DNA from: Bacilli bacterium
Lineage (GTDB): Bacteria; Bacillota_I; Bacilli_A; RF39; UBA660
Length of the DNA stretch: 64,000 nt
Direction of reading: 5' to 3'
Assembly (NCBI GenBank): GCA_017435465.1
Contig: JAFSEX010000005.1
Coordinates: forward strand, 6,793-70,792
Shown: positions 10,842-18,536 of the stretch, in pieces
How the letters are laid out: each line of letters begins with the position of its first letter
Numbering within the stretch: position 1 is the stretch's first letter
Position numbers and translations under genes: made by a program
Notes under the pieces: model-generated
Seen by the model: the letters and a program-made list of their open reading frames with translations, nothing else
Told to the model about the DNA's origin: nothing
The model's database searches: none

Positions 10842-10920
10842 AAAAACGAACTATTACTAGTTCGATTCATTTCAATGGAGCGGTTAAGCTACAGCTTACG
10901 AACTAATTAGTTCTTTTTTT
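10842..10920 (-). ncRNA. candidate small RNA, repeat copy A (unknown family)
   Basis: Minus-strand TTGAAA-17 nt-TATAAT promoter (10955-10927). Two hairpins follow, then a single-stranded AACCGCUCCAUUGA segment and a terminator CGAACTAGTAATAGTTCG plus U-run. Confidence 0.5.
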
Positions 10921-11098
10921 GAGTTTATTATAAGACATTTAAAAATGATTTTCAATATTATGTATAAAAAGATTAGAAAAAGAAAAAATTCCATCCACAG
11001 TACAAAATTGTCGAAAAAAGAGATTTTGTTTAGTACAGTAAACAAAATTGACAAACATTAAAATTAATAGTATAATTAGTTTAGAAAAGAGGAATAGT

Positions 11099-12307
11099 AT
11101 GATTATTAGGGAAAAATACTTATCAAAGATAAGACCTTTTTATGATCAAGATTTAATTAAAGTTATTACTGGTATAAGAAGATGTGGAAAATCAGTTATT
11201 TTAAATCAGATAATAGATGAATTAAAAGAAAAAGGAATTAAAGATGAACAAATAATATATATTAATTTTGAATTTGAAAATTACTATAATCTTTGCAATC
11301 ATATAGAATTCAATAATTATATTGAAGATAAAATAAAAGATAATAAAAAATATTACCTGTTCTTTGATGAAATTCAAAAAGTTGATAAATGGGAATTAGC
11401 TGTTAATTCTTTTAAAGCGGTACATGGAGATAAGGTTTCAATATTTATAACTGGATCTAATAGTGATTTATTATCTGGAGAACTTGCTACTCATATTGCA
11501 GGTCGTTATGTAAGTTTTAAAATATATCCTTTTACTTTTAAAGAAGTTTGTGAATTAAAAAACATTACTGATAAAGATAAATATGAATTGCAAAATTATT
11601 TTGATGATTATATTGTTTGGGGTGGTATGCCACAAAGATTTTTGATGACTGATGAAGAACAAACAAGAACTTATTTATCGGACATTTATAATTCAATAGT
11701 TATTAAAGATATTGTAGAAAGATTTAAAATAAAAGATTTAGATTTATTTAATAGGATTGTTGAATATATTGTTACTACACCATCTCAAACTTTCTCAGCA
11801 GAAAATCTCTCAAACTATCTATTAAAAGATAATATTGAAGTTTCAAAAATAACAATATATAACTATTTGGAATATATGTGTAGAGCATTATTAATTAACA
11901 AAGCGGAAAGATATGATGTTAGAGGAAAGAGAATTTTAAATGGGAAATATAAATATTATTTAGCTGATTTAGGATTAGGGCAAATTATTAATAAAGAAAG
12001 AAAAAAACAAATGGGTGCTTATTTAGAAAATATAGTTTATAATGAATTAATATCTCGTGGATACGATGTTAAAGTGGGTACATTTGAAAATGGTGAAATA
12101 GACTTTATTGCAACAAAATTTGAAGAAAAATTATATTTTCAAGTTGCATACATTTTAGCAGATGAAGAAGTAATAGAAAGAGAATTTGGTGCATATAAAG
12201 GAATTGATGATAATTATCCTAAATATGTTATTACAATGGATAAATTTGATATGTCACAAAATGGAATAATTCATAAAAATATTATTGATTGGTTATTAGA
12301 AATCTAA
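11099..12307 (+). CDS. AAA-family ATPase of the AAA_14/DUF4143 type
   Basis: Walker A GIRRCGKS and Walker B LFFDEIQ. The start was moved to ATG 11099, behind SD AAGAGGAA and promoter TTGACA-17-TATAAT (11048-11076). Confidence 0.65.
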   Translation: MIIREKYLSKIRPFYDQDLIKVITGIRRCGKSVILNQIIDELKEKGIKDEQIIYINFEFENYYNLCNHIEFNNYIEDKIKDNKKYYLFFDEIQKVDKWELAVNSFKAVHGDKVSIFITGSNSDLLSGELATHIAGRYVSFKIYPFTFKEVCELKNITDKDKYELQNYFDDYIVWGGMPQRFLMTDEEQTRTYLSDIYNSIVIKDIVERFKIKDLDLFNRIVEYIVTTPSQTFSAENLSNYLLKDNIEVSKITIYNYLEYMCRALLINKAERYDVRGKRILNGKYKYYLADLGLGQIINKERKKQMGAYLENIVYNELISRGYDVKVGTFENGEIDFIATKFEEKLYFQVAYILADEEVIEREFGAYKGIDDNYPKYVITMDKFDMSQNGIIHKNIIDWLLEI

Positions 12308-12317
12308 AACAAAAAAA

Positions 12318-12350
12318 AGAAACACGGTATATGAACTGTGTTTCTTTTTT
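12318..12350 (+). terminator. intrinsic terminator after the ATPase gene
   Basis: Stem AGAAACAC...GTGTTTCT plus T-run. Confidence 0.7.
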
Positions 12351-12420
12351 ATGTGTATATACTATCAAAAAATATTATCATCGTATTCGACCACTTTTCG
12401 ATTGTAATAAATTTATGTAT

Positions 12421-12502
12421 AAAAAAACGAACTAAAAAAGTTCGACTAAATATCAAATGGAGCGGTTAAGTTACAACTTGCGAACTAATTAGTTCTCTTT
12501 CT
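12421..12502 (-). ncRNA. candidate small RNA, repeat copy B
   Basis: Same module as copy A: TTGAAA-17-TATAAT on the minus strand (12537-12509), hairpins, AACCGCUCCAUUUGA, and terminator CGAACTTTTTTAGTTCG plus U-run. Confidence 0.5.
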
Positions 12503-12663
12503 ATAATTATTATAAGACAATTAAAAATAATTTTCAATATTATGTATAAAAAGATTAGAAAAAATATTCCAAAATTTTCCAATATACATTGACAAATAAT
12601 GACAAATTTTATAATATAAGTCTTGAAAAGTTTTAACTTGTTAATGTGAGAGGGGAAATATTA

Positions 12664-12749
12664 ATGAGATTAGATACTGTTACAAATTTATATTTAATGT
12701 TTATTAATGAGGGTAGAAGTACATTATAGGGACTTTTGCCCTCTTTTTT
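12664..12749 (+). promoter_or_regulatory. 21-codon leader ORF overlapping an intrinsic terminator (attenuator) upstream of the GNAT/rSAM operon
   Basis: SD GAGAGGGG then ATG 12664, encoding MRLDTVTNLYLMFINEGRSTL with stop at 12727-12729. The last 7 sense codons form the 5' arm of a 12-bp hairpin (12709-12743) followed by TTTTTT. Confidence 0.5.
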
Positions 12750-12767
12750 GATAGGAGAATGATAAAG

Positions 12768-13229
12768 ATGAATTTTATAATAAGAAAAGCAGATGTAAAA
12801 GATGCAAAAATTGCTAATAACTTTTTAACAAAACTAATTCAGGATGAAAAAAAATATGACGATAATATTAATGAAAATTGCGTTGTACACACATTATATG
12901 AAAATATAATTGAAAACGAACAAAATTGTATTTTTATAGCAGAAAATAAAGGGATTATAATGGGATATCTATATGGATTTGTTTTAAATGGTGGAGATGC
13001 ATATATTGATGTTGTTACACAACTTGATGCAATGTTCGTTGATGAAGAATATAGAAAACTTGGTATTGGTAATGCACTTATTGATGAATTTAAAAAATGG
13101 TCAAAACAAAAAAATGCAAAATACATTGAATTAAAAGTATGTAATAATAATGAGAACGCAATTTCATTATACAAAAAAAATGGATTTGAAAATGTTAAAA
13201 CTATTATGACATTAGAATTGGGGGATTAG
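12768..13229 (+). CDS. GNAT family N-acetyltransferase
   Basis: The acetyl-CoA site pattern RKLGIGNALIDEF and an NGF tail are present. Start ATG 12768 chosen because it lies 9 nt after SD AGGAGA; ATG 12759 abuts the SD. Confidence 0.7.
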   Translation: MNFIIRKADVKDAKIANNFLTKLIQDEKKYDDNINENCVVHTLYENIIENEQNCIFIAENKGIIMGYLYGFVLNGGDAYIDVVTQLDAMFVDEEYRKLGIGNALIDEFKKWSKQKNAKYIELKVCNNNENAISLYKKNGFENVKTIMTLELGD

Positions 13230-13230
13230 T

Positions 13231-14571
13231 ATGAAATTATCAAAATATTTTCATTATATTGAATTAGAAAACAACATATATGCAGTTTATAATTCATTAA
13301 TAATGGATGTAGTTTTTGTAAATAAATCTAAACTTGATGAAATAATAAATATTTCAGTTGATGACGAAGAAAAAGTAAAATTACAAAATTTAGGAATATA
13401 TATTACAAGTAAAGAACAGGATGAAGAAGCATTACAAATTGTAAAAAATAGATATGATGAAGTTACAGGTAAAGTTAATATTATGTATTTAATACTTTCA
13501 TCTGCATGTAATCTAGCATGTAAATATTGTTTTATAGAAAATTGTACATTTAATAATAAAGTAGAAATAAATATGAATTTAGATACAGTAAAAAATGCTA
13601 TTACTAAATATGATAATTATTTAAAAAGAGAAAATTTAGAAGAAGGATTAATCATTTTTTATGGTGGAGAACCACTTGTAAATTGGGATGCAATAGTTAC
13701 TGCTATTGAACTTGCAAAAGAATTAAAATCTCCTATAAAATTTTCAATGGTTACTAATGCAACTTTACTTACTGCTGAAAAGATTAAGTATTTAACAGAA
13801 AATAATGTTGAGATAGGAATTTCAATAGATGGACCTAAAGCATTAAACGATAAAAATAGAATTTATAGAACAAACGAAAAAAGTGTATATGATGAAGTAA
13901 TATCAAAATTCCCATTATTAAAAGCAGAAGAATGTAAATTTGGATTATCGATAACAGTTTCTGAAGATTTTTTGGATCAACAAGATGAAGTTTTAGATTG
14001 GTTAGAGCATCTTGGCGTAAGTAGCATATTTTATAATTTATATCACTATACTTGTTATGATGAAAATTGGGAAGAATATTACAATAGAGCAAGTAAATTT
14101 TTAATGAAATCATATGAAAAATTAGCAAGTCATAATATATATGATGGTAGATTAAATAGAAAAATAGATAGTATAATTGATAGTGAATTTAAATTTGCAG
14201 ATTGCGGAGCAATTGGCGGAAATCAACTTGCAATAAAACCTAGTGGTGATGTATGTATTTGTCATGGATATTTAAAAACTGATAAATATGTAATAGGTAA
14301 TGTTAATAAACAATCTATTGATGAATTAATGGATACTGATGAAATAAGATTCTGGAAAAGAAGAAGTACAATATATAATGATGAATGTTTAAATTGTGAA
14401 GCTATTTATACATGTGGAGGCGGATGTGCAATTCAAGCCGAAGCATTGTTTGGAAATAGAAATGAAATAGACAAACCATTTTGTATTCACACTAAAAGTG
14501 CATTAAGGTGGATACTTCAAAGAAGTTATAATAAAATGGTAGAAAATGAAAAGGAGGTGATAAAATGTTAG
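13231..14571 (+). CDS. radical SAM/SPASM-domain peptide maturase with N-terminal RRE-like region
   Basis: CNLACKYC CX3CX2C cluster. C-terminal Cys-rich SPASM region (CGAIGG...CICHG...CLNCEAIYTCGGGCAIQA...FCIH). About 85 aa lie before the rSAM core. Confidence 0.8.
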   Translation: MKLSKYFHYIELENNIYAVYNSLIMDVVFVNKSKLDEIINISVDDEEKVKLQNLGIYITSKEQDEEALQIVKNRYDEVTGKVNIMYLILSSACNLACKYCFIENCTFNNKVEINMNLDTVKNAITKYDNYLKRENLEEGLIIFYGGEPLVNWDAIVTAIELAKELKSPIKFSMVTNATLLTAEKIKYLTENNVEIGISIDGPKALNDKNRIYRTNEKSVYDEVISKFPLLKAEECKFGLSITVSEDFLDQQDEVLDWLEHLGVSSIFYNLYHYTCYDENWEEYYNRASKFLMKSYEKLASHNIYDGRLNRKIDSIIDSEFKFADCGAIGGNQLAIKPSGDVCICHGYLKTDKYVIGNVNKQSIDELMDTDEIRFWKRRSTIYNDECLNCEAIYTCGGGCAIQAEALFGNRNEIDKPFCIHTKSALRWILQRSYNKMVENEKEVIKC

Positions 14572-14744
14572 AAATGAATAAAAAAGAAGTTGCAAAAAAA
14601 TTCAGAATTGATGCAAAAGCATATGCTTCTGTATGTAACAGTTGTGCATGTGGAGGTGGAACATCTAGTTGCAATACAACTTGTAAAGGTTGTAAAGACA
14701 AAAGCGAAAACATAAAATCAGTAAAGAATGTATATGCAAAATAA
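14565..14744 (+). CDS. 59-aa Cys-rich precursor peptide candidate (six Cys in 20 residues); below the 60-aa cutoff of the ORF track
   Basis: SD AAGGAGGTGATAAA then ATG, overlapping the maturase stop by 7 nt. Encodes MLEMNKKEVAKKFRIDAKAYASVCNSCACGGGTSSCNTTCKGCKDKSENIKSVKNVYAK, followed by a terminator. Confidence 0.7.
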   Translation: MLEMNKKEVAKKFRIDAKAYASVCNSCACGGGTSSCNTTCKGCKDKSENIKSVKNVYAK

Positions 14745-14752
14745 TTAAATTT

Positions 14753-14780
14753 ATAAGGTTATCTAATAACCTTATTTTAT
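14753..14780 (+). terminator. intrinsic terminator after the peptide gene
   Basis: Stem ATAAGGTTA/TAACCTTAT with a 5-nt loop, then TTTT. Confidence 0.65.
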
Positions 14781-14800
14781 TATACAGGGGGGGAATACTA

Positions 14801-15784
14801 ATGATTATAGATACTCATAGTCATATTGGTAATGATTTTTATTGTGGCAATATAAAAATACAAGATTATATACAATTTTGCAAAAAAAATAAAATAGACA
14901 TTGGATTTCTAATGCCTACACCTTGGCCACAATACAAAGATAATAATCAATATGTTACATCTTTGATATGGGAACATGACAACTATATTAAAAAGAATTA
15001 TTATTCATTAATAAACGGAAATAAAGTATCAATTGAAAGTAATCCATATAAAAATGTTAATTATAATTGTTTTGATGAAATTAATAAAAATCATTGTAGC
15101 GATATTCAATTATATTTTGTACCACTTATTCATGGAGTATTAGATAATGCAAATTATTTAGAAAAGATGTTAGGTGAATTAAACCCAAAAGCTGTAAAAA
15201 TGCATGGGTTTGGAAGTGGATTTTCTCCAACTGAAATCAAATCTGATATTGTTGAAATTTTGAAATATTATGATATACCAATTATACTTCATACATCAGT
15301 ATATAATTATGATTATGGATATGGGGCAGACACAAAATATTGGAGAAATGAATGTCATCCCTATAAATGGATAGAATTTTTACTTAAGAATAATTTAAAG
15401 GGTGTTCTAAATCATGGGGCATGTTTACATAATGAAACAATTGATTTAGTAAATAAATCCGAAAAAATAATGGTGGCGTTAGGTCCTGACTTAGATATTT
15501 CTAAAGATTTTTTTAAAGTTGATATACCTAAAGAAACATATTTGAAAATAGAATACCTAAAATACTTAAAACAAAAGTTGGTATCTACAAAAATATTATT
15601 TGATATCGATTATAATTGGAATGTTGATGAAAATAATAATATAGATAATAACTCTATTCAAAGAGTAAGTGAAACATGGAGCGAAAATGAGTTGGATAAC
15701 ATTTTGTATAACAATGCATTAGAGTTCTTTAAACTGTCACACAATGAAGTTAAGGCAAAAATCTTAAAAAACACAAAAAATTAG
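14801..15784 (+). CDS. metal-dependent amidohydrolase-fold (TIM barrel) protein
   Basis: N-terminal IIDTHSHIG metal-binding motif with internal H residues (KMHGF, ILHTS). SD AGGGGGGGA. Confidence 0.55.
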   Translation: MIIDTHSHIGNDFYCGNIKIQDYIQFCKKNKIDIGFLMPTPWPQYKDNNQYVTSLIWEHDNYIKKNYYSLINGNKVSIESNPYKNVNYNCFDEINKNHCSDIQLYFVPLIHGVLDNANYLEKMLGELNPKAVKMHGFGSGFSPTEIKSDIVEILKYYDIPIILHTSVYNYDYGYGADTKYWRNECHPYKWIEFLLKNNLKGVLNHGACLHNETIDLVNKSEKIMVALGPDLDISKDFFKVDIPKETYLKIEYLKYLKQKLVSTKILFDIDYNWNVDENNNIDNNSIQRVSETWSENELDNILYNNALEFFKLSHNEVKAKILKNTKN

Positions 15785-15803
15785 TACCTAAATAGTACCT
15801 AAA
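15776..15803 (+). repeat. 28-bp direct repeat copy 1 (AAAAATTAGTACCTAAATAGTACCTAAA), containing a tandem 11-mer TAGTACCTAAA x2
   Basis: Identical to 35718-35745. Overlaps the amidohydrolase stop codon. Confidence 0.9.
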
Positions 15804-15812
15804 ATAGTTTTC

Positions 15813-15897
15813 AAAAATAAAAACCCTTATTTTATAAGGGTTTGTTTTCATATGGAGCGGTTAAGTTACAACTTGCGAACTAATTAGTTCTCTTTCT
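15813..15897 (-). ncRNA. candidate small RNA, repeat copy C
   Basis: TTGAAA-17-TATAAT on the minus strand (15932-15904). The body is identical to copy B through AACCGCUCCAUAUGA. The terminator is a different hairpin, AAACCCTTATAAAATAAGGGTTT, plus U-run. Confidence 0.5.
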
Positions 15898-15996
15898 GGA
15901 TTTATTATATAATAATTGTTATAATTTTTCAAGGCGTATGGCAAATTTTAATCATTTATAGTATAATTAACTTTAAAGTGTTCAGGAGATTTAGGT

Positions 15997-17700
15997 ATGA
16001 ATATTATAAATAAATTAGAATTAGAAAATATAAAAATTGGAATTAGATATTATGGATTAGAAAATTTGTCTACTGGAATAGCAGTTAAAGACTTAATGGA
16101 AGGAAAAGAAATTATATTAAATAATTATAAAAATAATAGTATCTTATCTTTAGATGATTATATAAATTACGTTTTTTTGGATTATATTATGAAATTTCAA
16201 GAAGTTATACCATATGTTAAAGAAGATAAAAAAGAAGAATTTAAAAATTTTATAATTAATTGTAAATTAATATATGATAAATATAGATTTGCAGATATAG
16301 TAAAATACATTCAAAAGGATTACAAAGAAATTTATAATTATGATGACGATGATAATGTTGATTGTTTAGTATTTGATTTAAAAAACTATACCTCAGAATT
16401 TATTGGTGAACATTTCAATTGTTTCAATGAAGAGGTTATACAATATATAATTAACGAAGCAACATATGATGTTATAGACTATTTTGAAAAGTGGAAAAAA
16501 TTTTTTGTTAAAAATCCTGAAAAACTAAAAATTTTATTTAGTGAAGATAATATAAATAAAGTATTTCTTATGCGAATTCAAGAACTTATAGGTATAATTG
16601 AATCATTGCGTAACAACCGCAAATTTGATGAGGCAGTATTGAATGCAATGGATATTATTTATAACATATTAAAAAAACAATATTTTAATCCTGCGGGAGA
16701 ACAACATATTTGGCAAAGTTATTTTATGCTTAATGACTGTCTATCTTTTTATAGAAAAATGTATTCACCTTATGCCTATAAATTAGAGATTGAACTAGAA
16801 AAACAAGAAATTTTATTTAATGATAACTTGTTAAAAAATGGTAACAGTCAACCAATCGAGTTTGATTTAAAACCTTTCAAAGATTTTTTTGAAGATAATA
16901 CAAAACCTTGGGAAATAAGAATTGTATTTTCAACTCATTCTAGAGATGAAAATGGTAAATTAGTGAGTTTTCTAGAACAAGGTGCAAAATGCCCTATTAA
17001 AGGATTAAGTGATGAATTAGCCAGGAAAAATCCTGGAACAGATAATTATTTTACAGGTTGGAGATTAAGGAATTTATCTTTATATTCATTTGAAACAAAA
17101 TCAAAGTTTATGACTTTGATGAGTACTAATCATAATATTAGTGAATATTTATCCGACATTTATGGTGAATTACGATATATATGTGAAAATATTAATACAA
17201 CAATGGAATTTGAAGGACTAGATGAAAATATGGAAATGTTATTGCAATTTTTATCTGACTTATTTATAAATTTACCTAGCGATGTCGATGTACAACAATA
17301 TCAATTACCAATTAAAACTACTGTATATGGATGCGCTATGTTCTTATGTGGATTAATTGAAAAAGTTTTGCGTATTATATATAAAAACAGTATGAAGGAA
17401 ATATCATATATTCCAGACTCAAGTATAAATTTGGGTAATTTATTGATTGAGAATGATAAACATACATCTATAATTTTAGATATATTAGGAATTGAACAAG
17501 TTAAATGTCTTAAGTATTATCTTCAAAAAATAGATTTTTATAATGCGGTTGGACAAAATATACGTAACGATCTTGCTCACATAAATGGCAGAACAATGAA
17601 AAATTTAAATCATTACCTAATTTTAGAATTGCTGTCTTATTTTACATCAATCCTTAATAGTTGTGTTTTGTATTATCAAGGAAAAAACAAACATTCGTAG
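15997..17700 (+). CDS. hypothetical 567-aa protein with C-terminal HEPN-like Rx4H motif
   Basis: Intact ORF with SD CAGGAGA. It is cytoplasmic-looking, and GQNIRNDLAHINGR lies near the C terminus (DNA 17563-17580). Confidence 0.45.
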   Translation: MNIINKLELENIKIGIRYYGLENLSTGIAVKDLMEGKEIILNNYKNNSILSLDDYINYVFLDYIMKFQEVIPYVKEDKKEEFKNFIINCKLIYDKYRFADIVKYIQKDYKEIYNYDDDDNVDCLVFDLKNYTSEFIGEHFNCFNEEVIQYIINEATYDVIDYFEKWKKFFVKNPEKLKILFSEDNINKVFLMRIQELIGIIESLRNNRKFDEAVLNAMDIIYNILKKQYFNPAGEQHIWQSYFMLNDCLSFYRKMYSPYAYKLEIELEKQEILFNDNLLKNGNSQPIEFDLKPFKDFFEDNTKPWEIRIVFSTHSRDENGKLVSFLEQGAKCPIKGLSDELARKNPGTDNYFTGWRLRNLSLYSFETKSKFMTLMSTNHNISEYLSDIYGELRYICENINTTMEFEGLDENMEMLLQFLSDLFINLPSDVDVQQYQLPIKTTVYGCAMFLCGLIEKVLRIIYKNSMKEISYIPDSSINLGNLLIENDKHTSIILDILGIEQVKCLKYYLQKIDFYNAVGQNIRNDLAHINGRTMKNLNHYLILELLSYFTSILNSCVLYYQGKNKHS

Positions 17701-17739
17701 TTGTTTATTAGGTATATTTGTAATGATTTTGATTAAGGT

Positions 17740-17915
17740 TGTTTATTATATTCTAGATGATAATGAAAATGTAGTTAATAGGGAAATTTTAAATATATAA
17801 GATAATTGATGGTAATTAGCCTAAAAATGTTATTACAATAGATATATTTGACATACCCCAAGATGGAATAATTCATAAAAACAATATAGATTGAGTATTA
17901 GAAAAATATAATAAA
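17740..17915 (+). pseudogene. degenerate 3' remnant of a second AAA/DUF4143 ATPase gene plus its terminator
   Basis: 17800-17960 aligns by eye with 12195-12350 (GGAATAATTCATAAAAA..., AAGAAACAC...GTGTTTCTTTTTT). No intact frame remains. Confidence 0.6.
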
Positions 17916-18016
17916 AAAAAGAAACACGTTATTTCAACCTTATAAACTGTGTTTCTTTTTTTTATGTATTTAAAATTAATATAAAATATTTCTTTAATTA
18001 TAACTTAAAAATGGGA

Positions 18017-18391
18017 TTAATCTTTTTTTAAATCAAGTATTGCTTGTATGTAAGTTTCCACTTTTATTTTTTCTTCACCATCCAAGCATCTATAATTTGT
18101 TATTAAGTAAAGTTCTTTGTCGGAAAGAATAAAATCAGGTGGAGTTGGATTATCTGTCAAATCAAATAAATAATCAGTAGATGTATTTAATAATTTGGCC
18201 ATTTCTATTATAGTAGCAGTTTTAGGTTTGATTTTTCCACTAATATATTGACTCATCGCCTCCTGTGATACTTCTAATTCTACTGCTATTGAAGTTAATG
18301 ATTTATTTTTAGCTTTTACGATTTTCTTTAAATTTTTCATTGTTGTCTTTTTATTACTTTTCAAGGACTTCACCTCCATAAATTTAAACAT
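18017..18391 (-). CDS. XRE-family helix-turn-helix transcriptional regulator
   Basis: The HTH reads SLTSIAVELEVSQEAMSQYISGKIKPKTATIIEMAKLLNTSTDYL. The start is ambiguous among three in-frame ATGs. Confidence 0.7.
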   Translation of the reverse strand: MFKFMEVKSLKSNKKTTMKNLKKIVKAKNKSLTSIAVELEVSQEAMSQYISGKIKPKTATIIEMAKLLNTSTDYLFDLTDNPTPPDFILSDKELYLITNYRCLDGEEKIKVETYIQAILDLKKD

Positions 18392-18415
18392 TTATATAAA
18401 AATTATATAATTATT

Positions 18416-18457
18416 ACTTCAAATTAACTTGAAGTGTGCTATAATATATATTGAAGT
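18416..18457. promoter_or_regulatory. candidate operator/promoter between the XRE gene and the surface locus
   Basis: Perfect palindrome ACTTCAA-N6-TTGAAGT (18416-18435), a third TTGAAGT half-site at 18451, and TATAAT at 18440-18445. Confidence 0.4.
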
Positions 18458-18536
18458 AATAATTATAATTGAGAATGAAATATTAAAATGTCAATTATTG
18501 TATTTGTTACTAATTTTATATAGGAGGAAGTGTGAT

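Noticed and set aside
10877-10912. Tiny plus-strand ORFs starting at the conserved ATGGAGC (MERLSYSLRTN, MEQLSKISTTFNFLTI, MEQMMGN)
   Set aside because: They have no Shine-Dalgarno sequence. Lengths and sequences are not conserved after the first three codons, and the products are not hydrophobic as type I toxins are. The conservation is better explained at the nucleotide/RNA level.
14492-14713. Track ORF on the minus strand opposite the six-Cys peptide
   Set aside because: It is antisense to a plus-strand ORF that has a near-perfect SD, translational coupling to the maturase and a terminator. The minus-strand ORF has none of these.
10870-15900. Repeats A-C as integron attC sites (GTTAAGC / GCTTAAC resemble the R' GTTRRRY and R'' RYYYAAC boxes)
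   Set aside because: The two boxes are only the arms of one short 4-5-bp hairpin, not a 55-120-bp attC. No IntI-type integrase is present in the window. The units carry their own sigma-70-type promoter and terminator, which fits an expressed RNA better.
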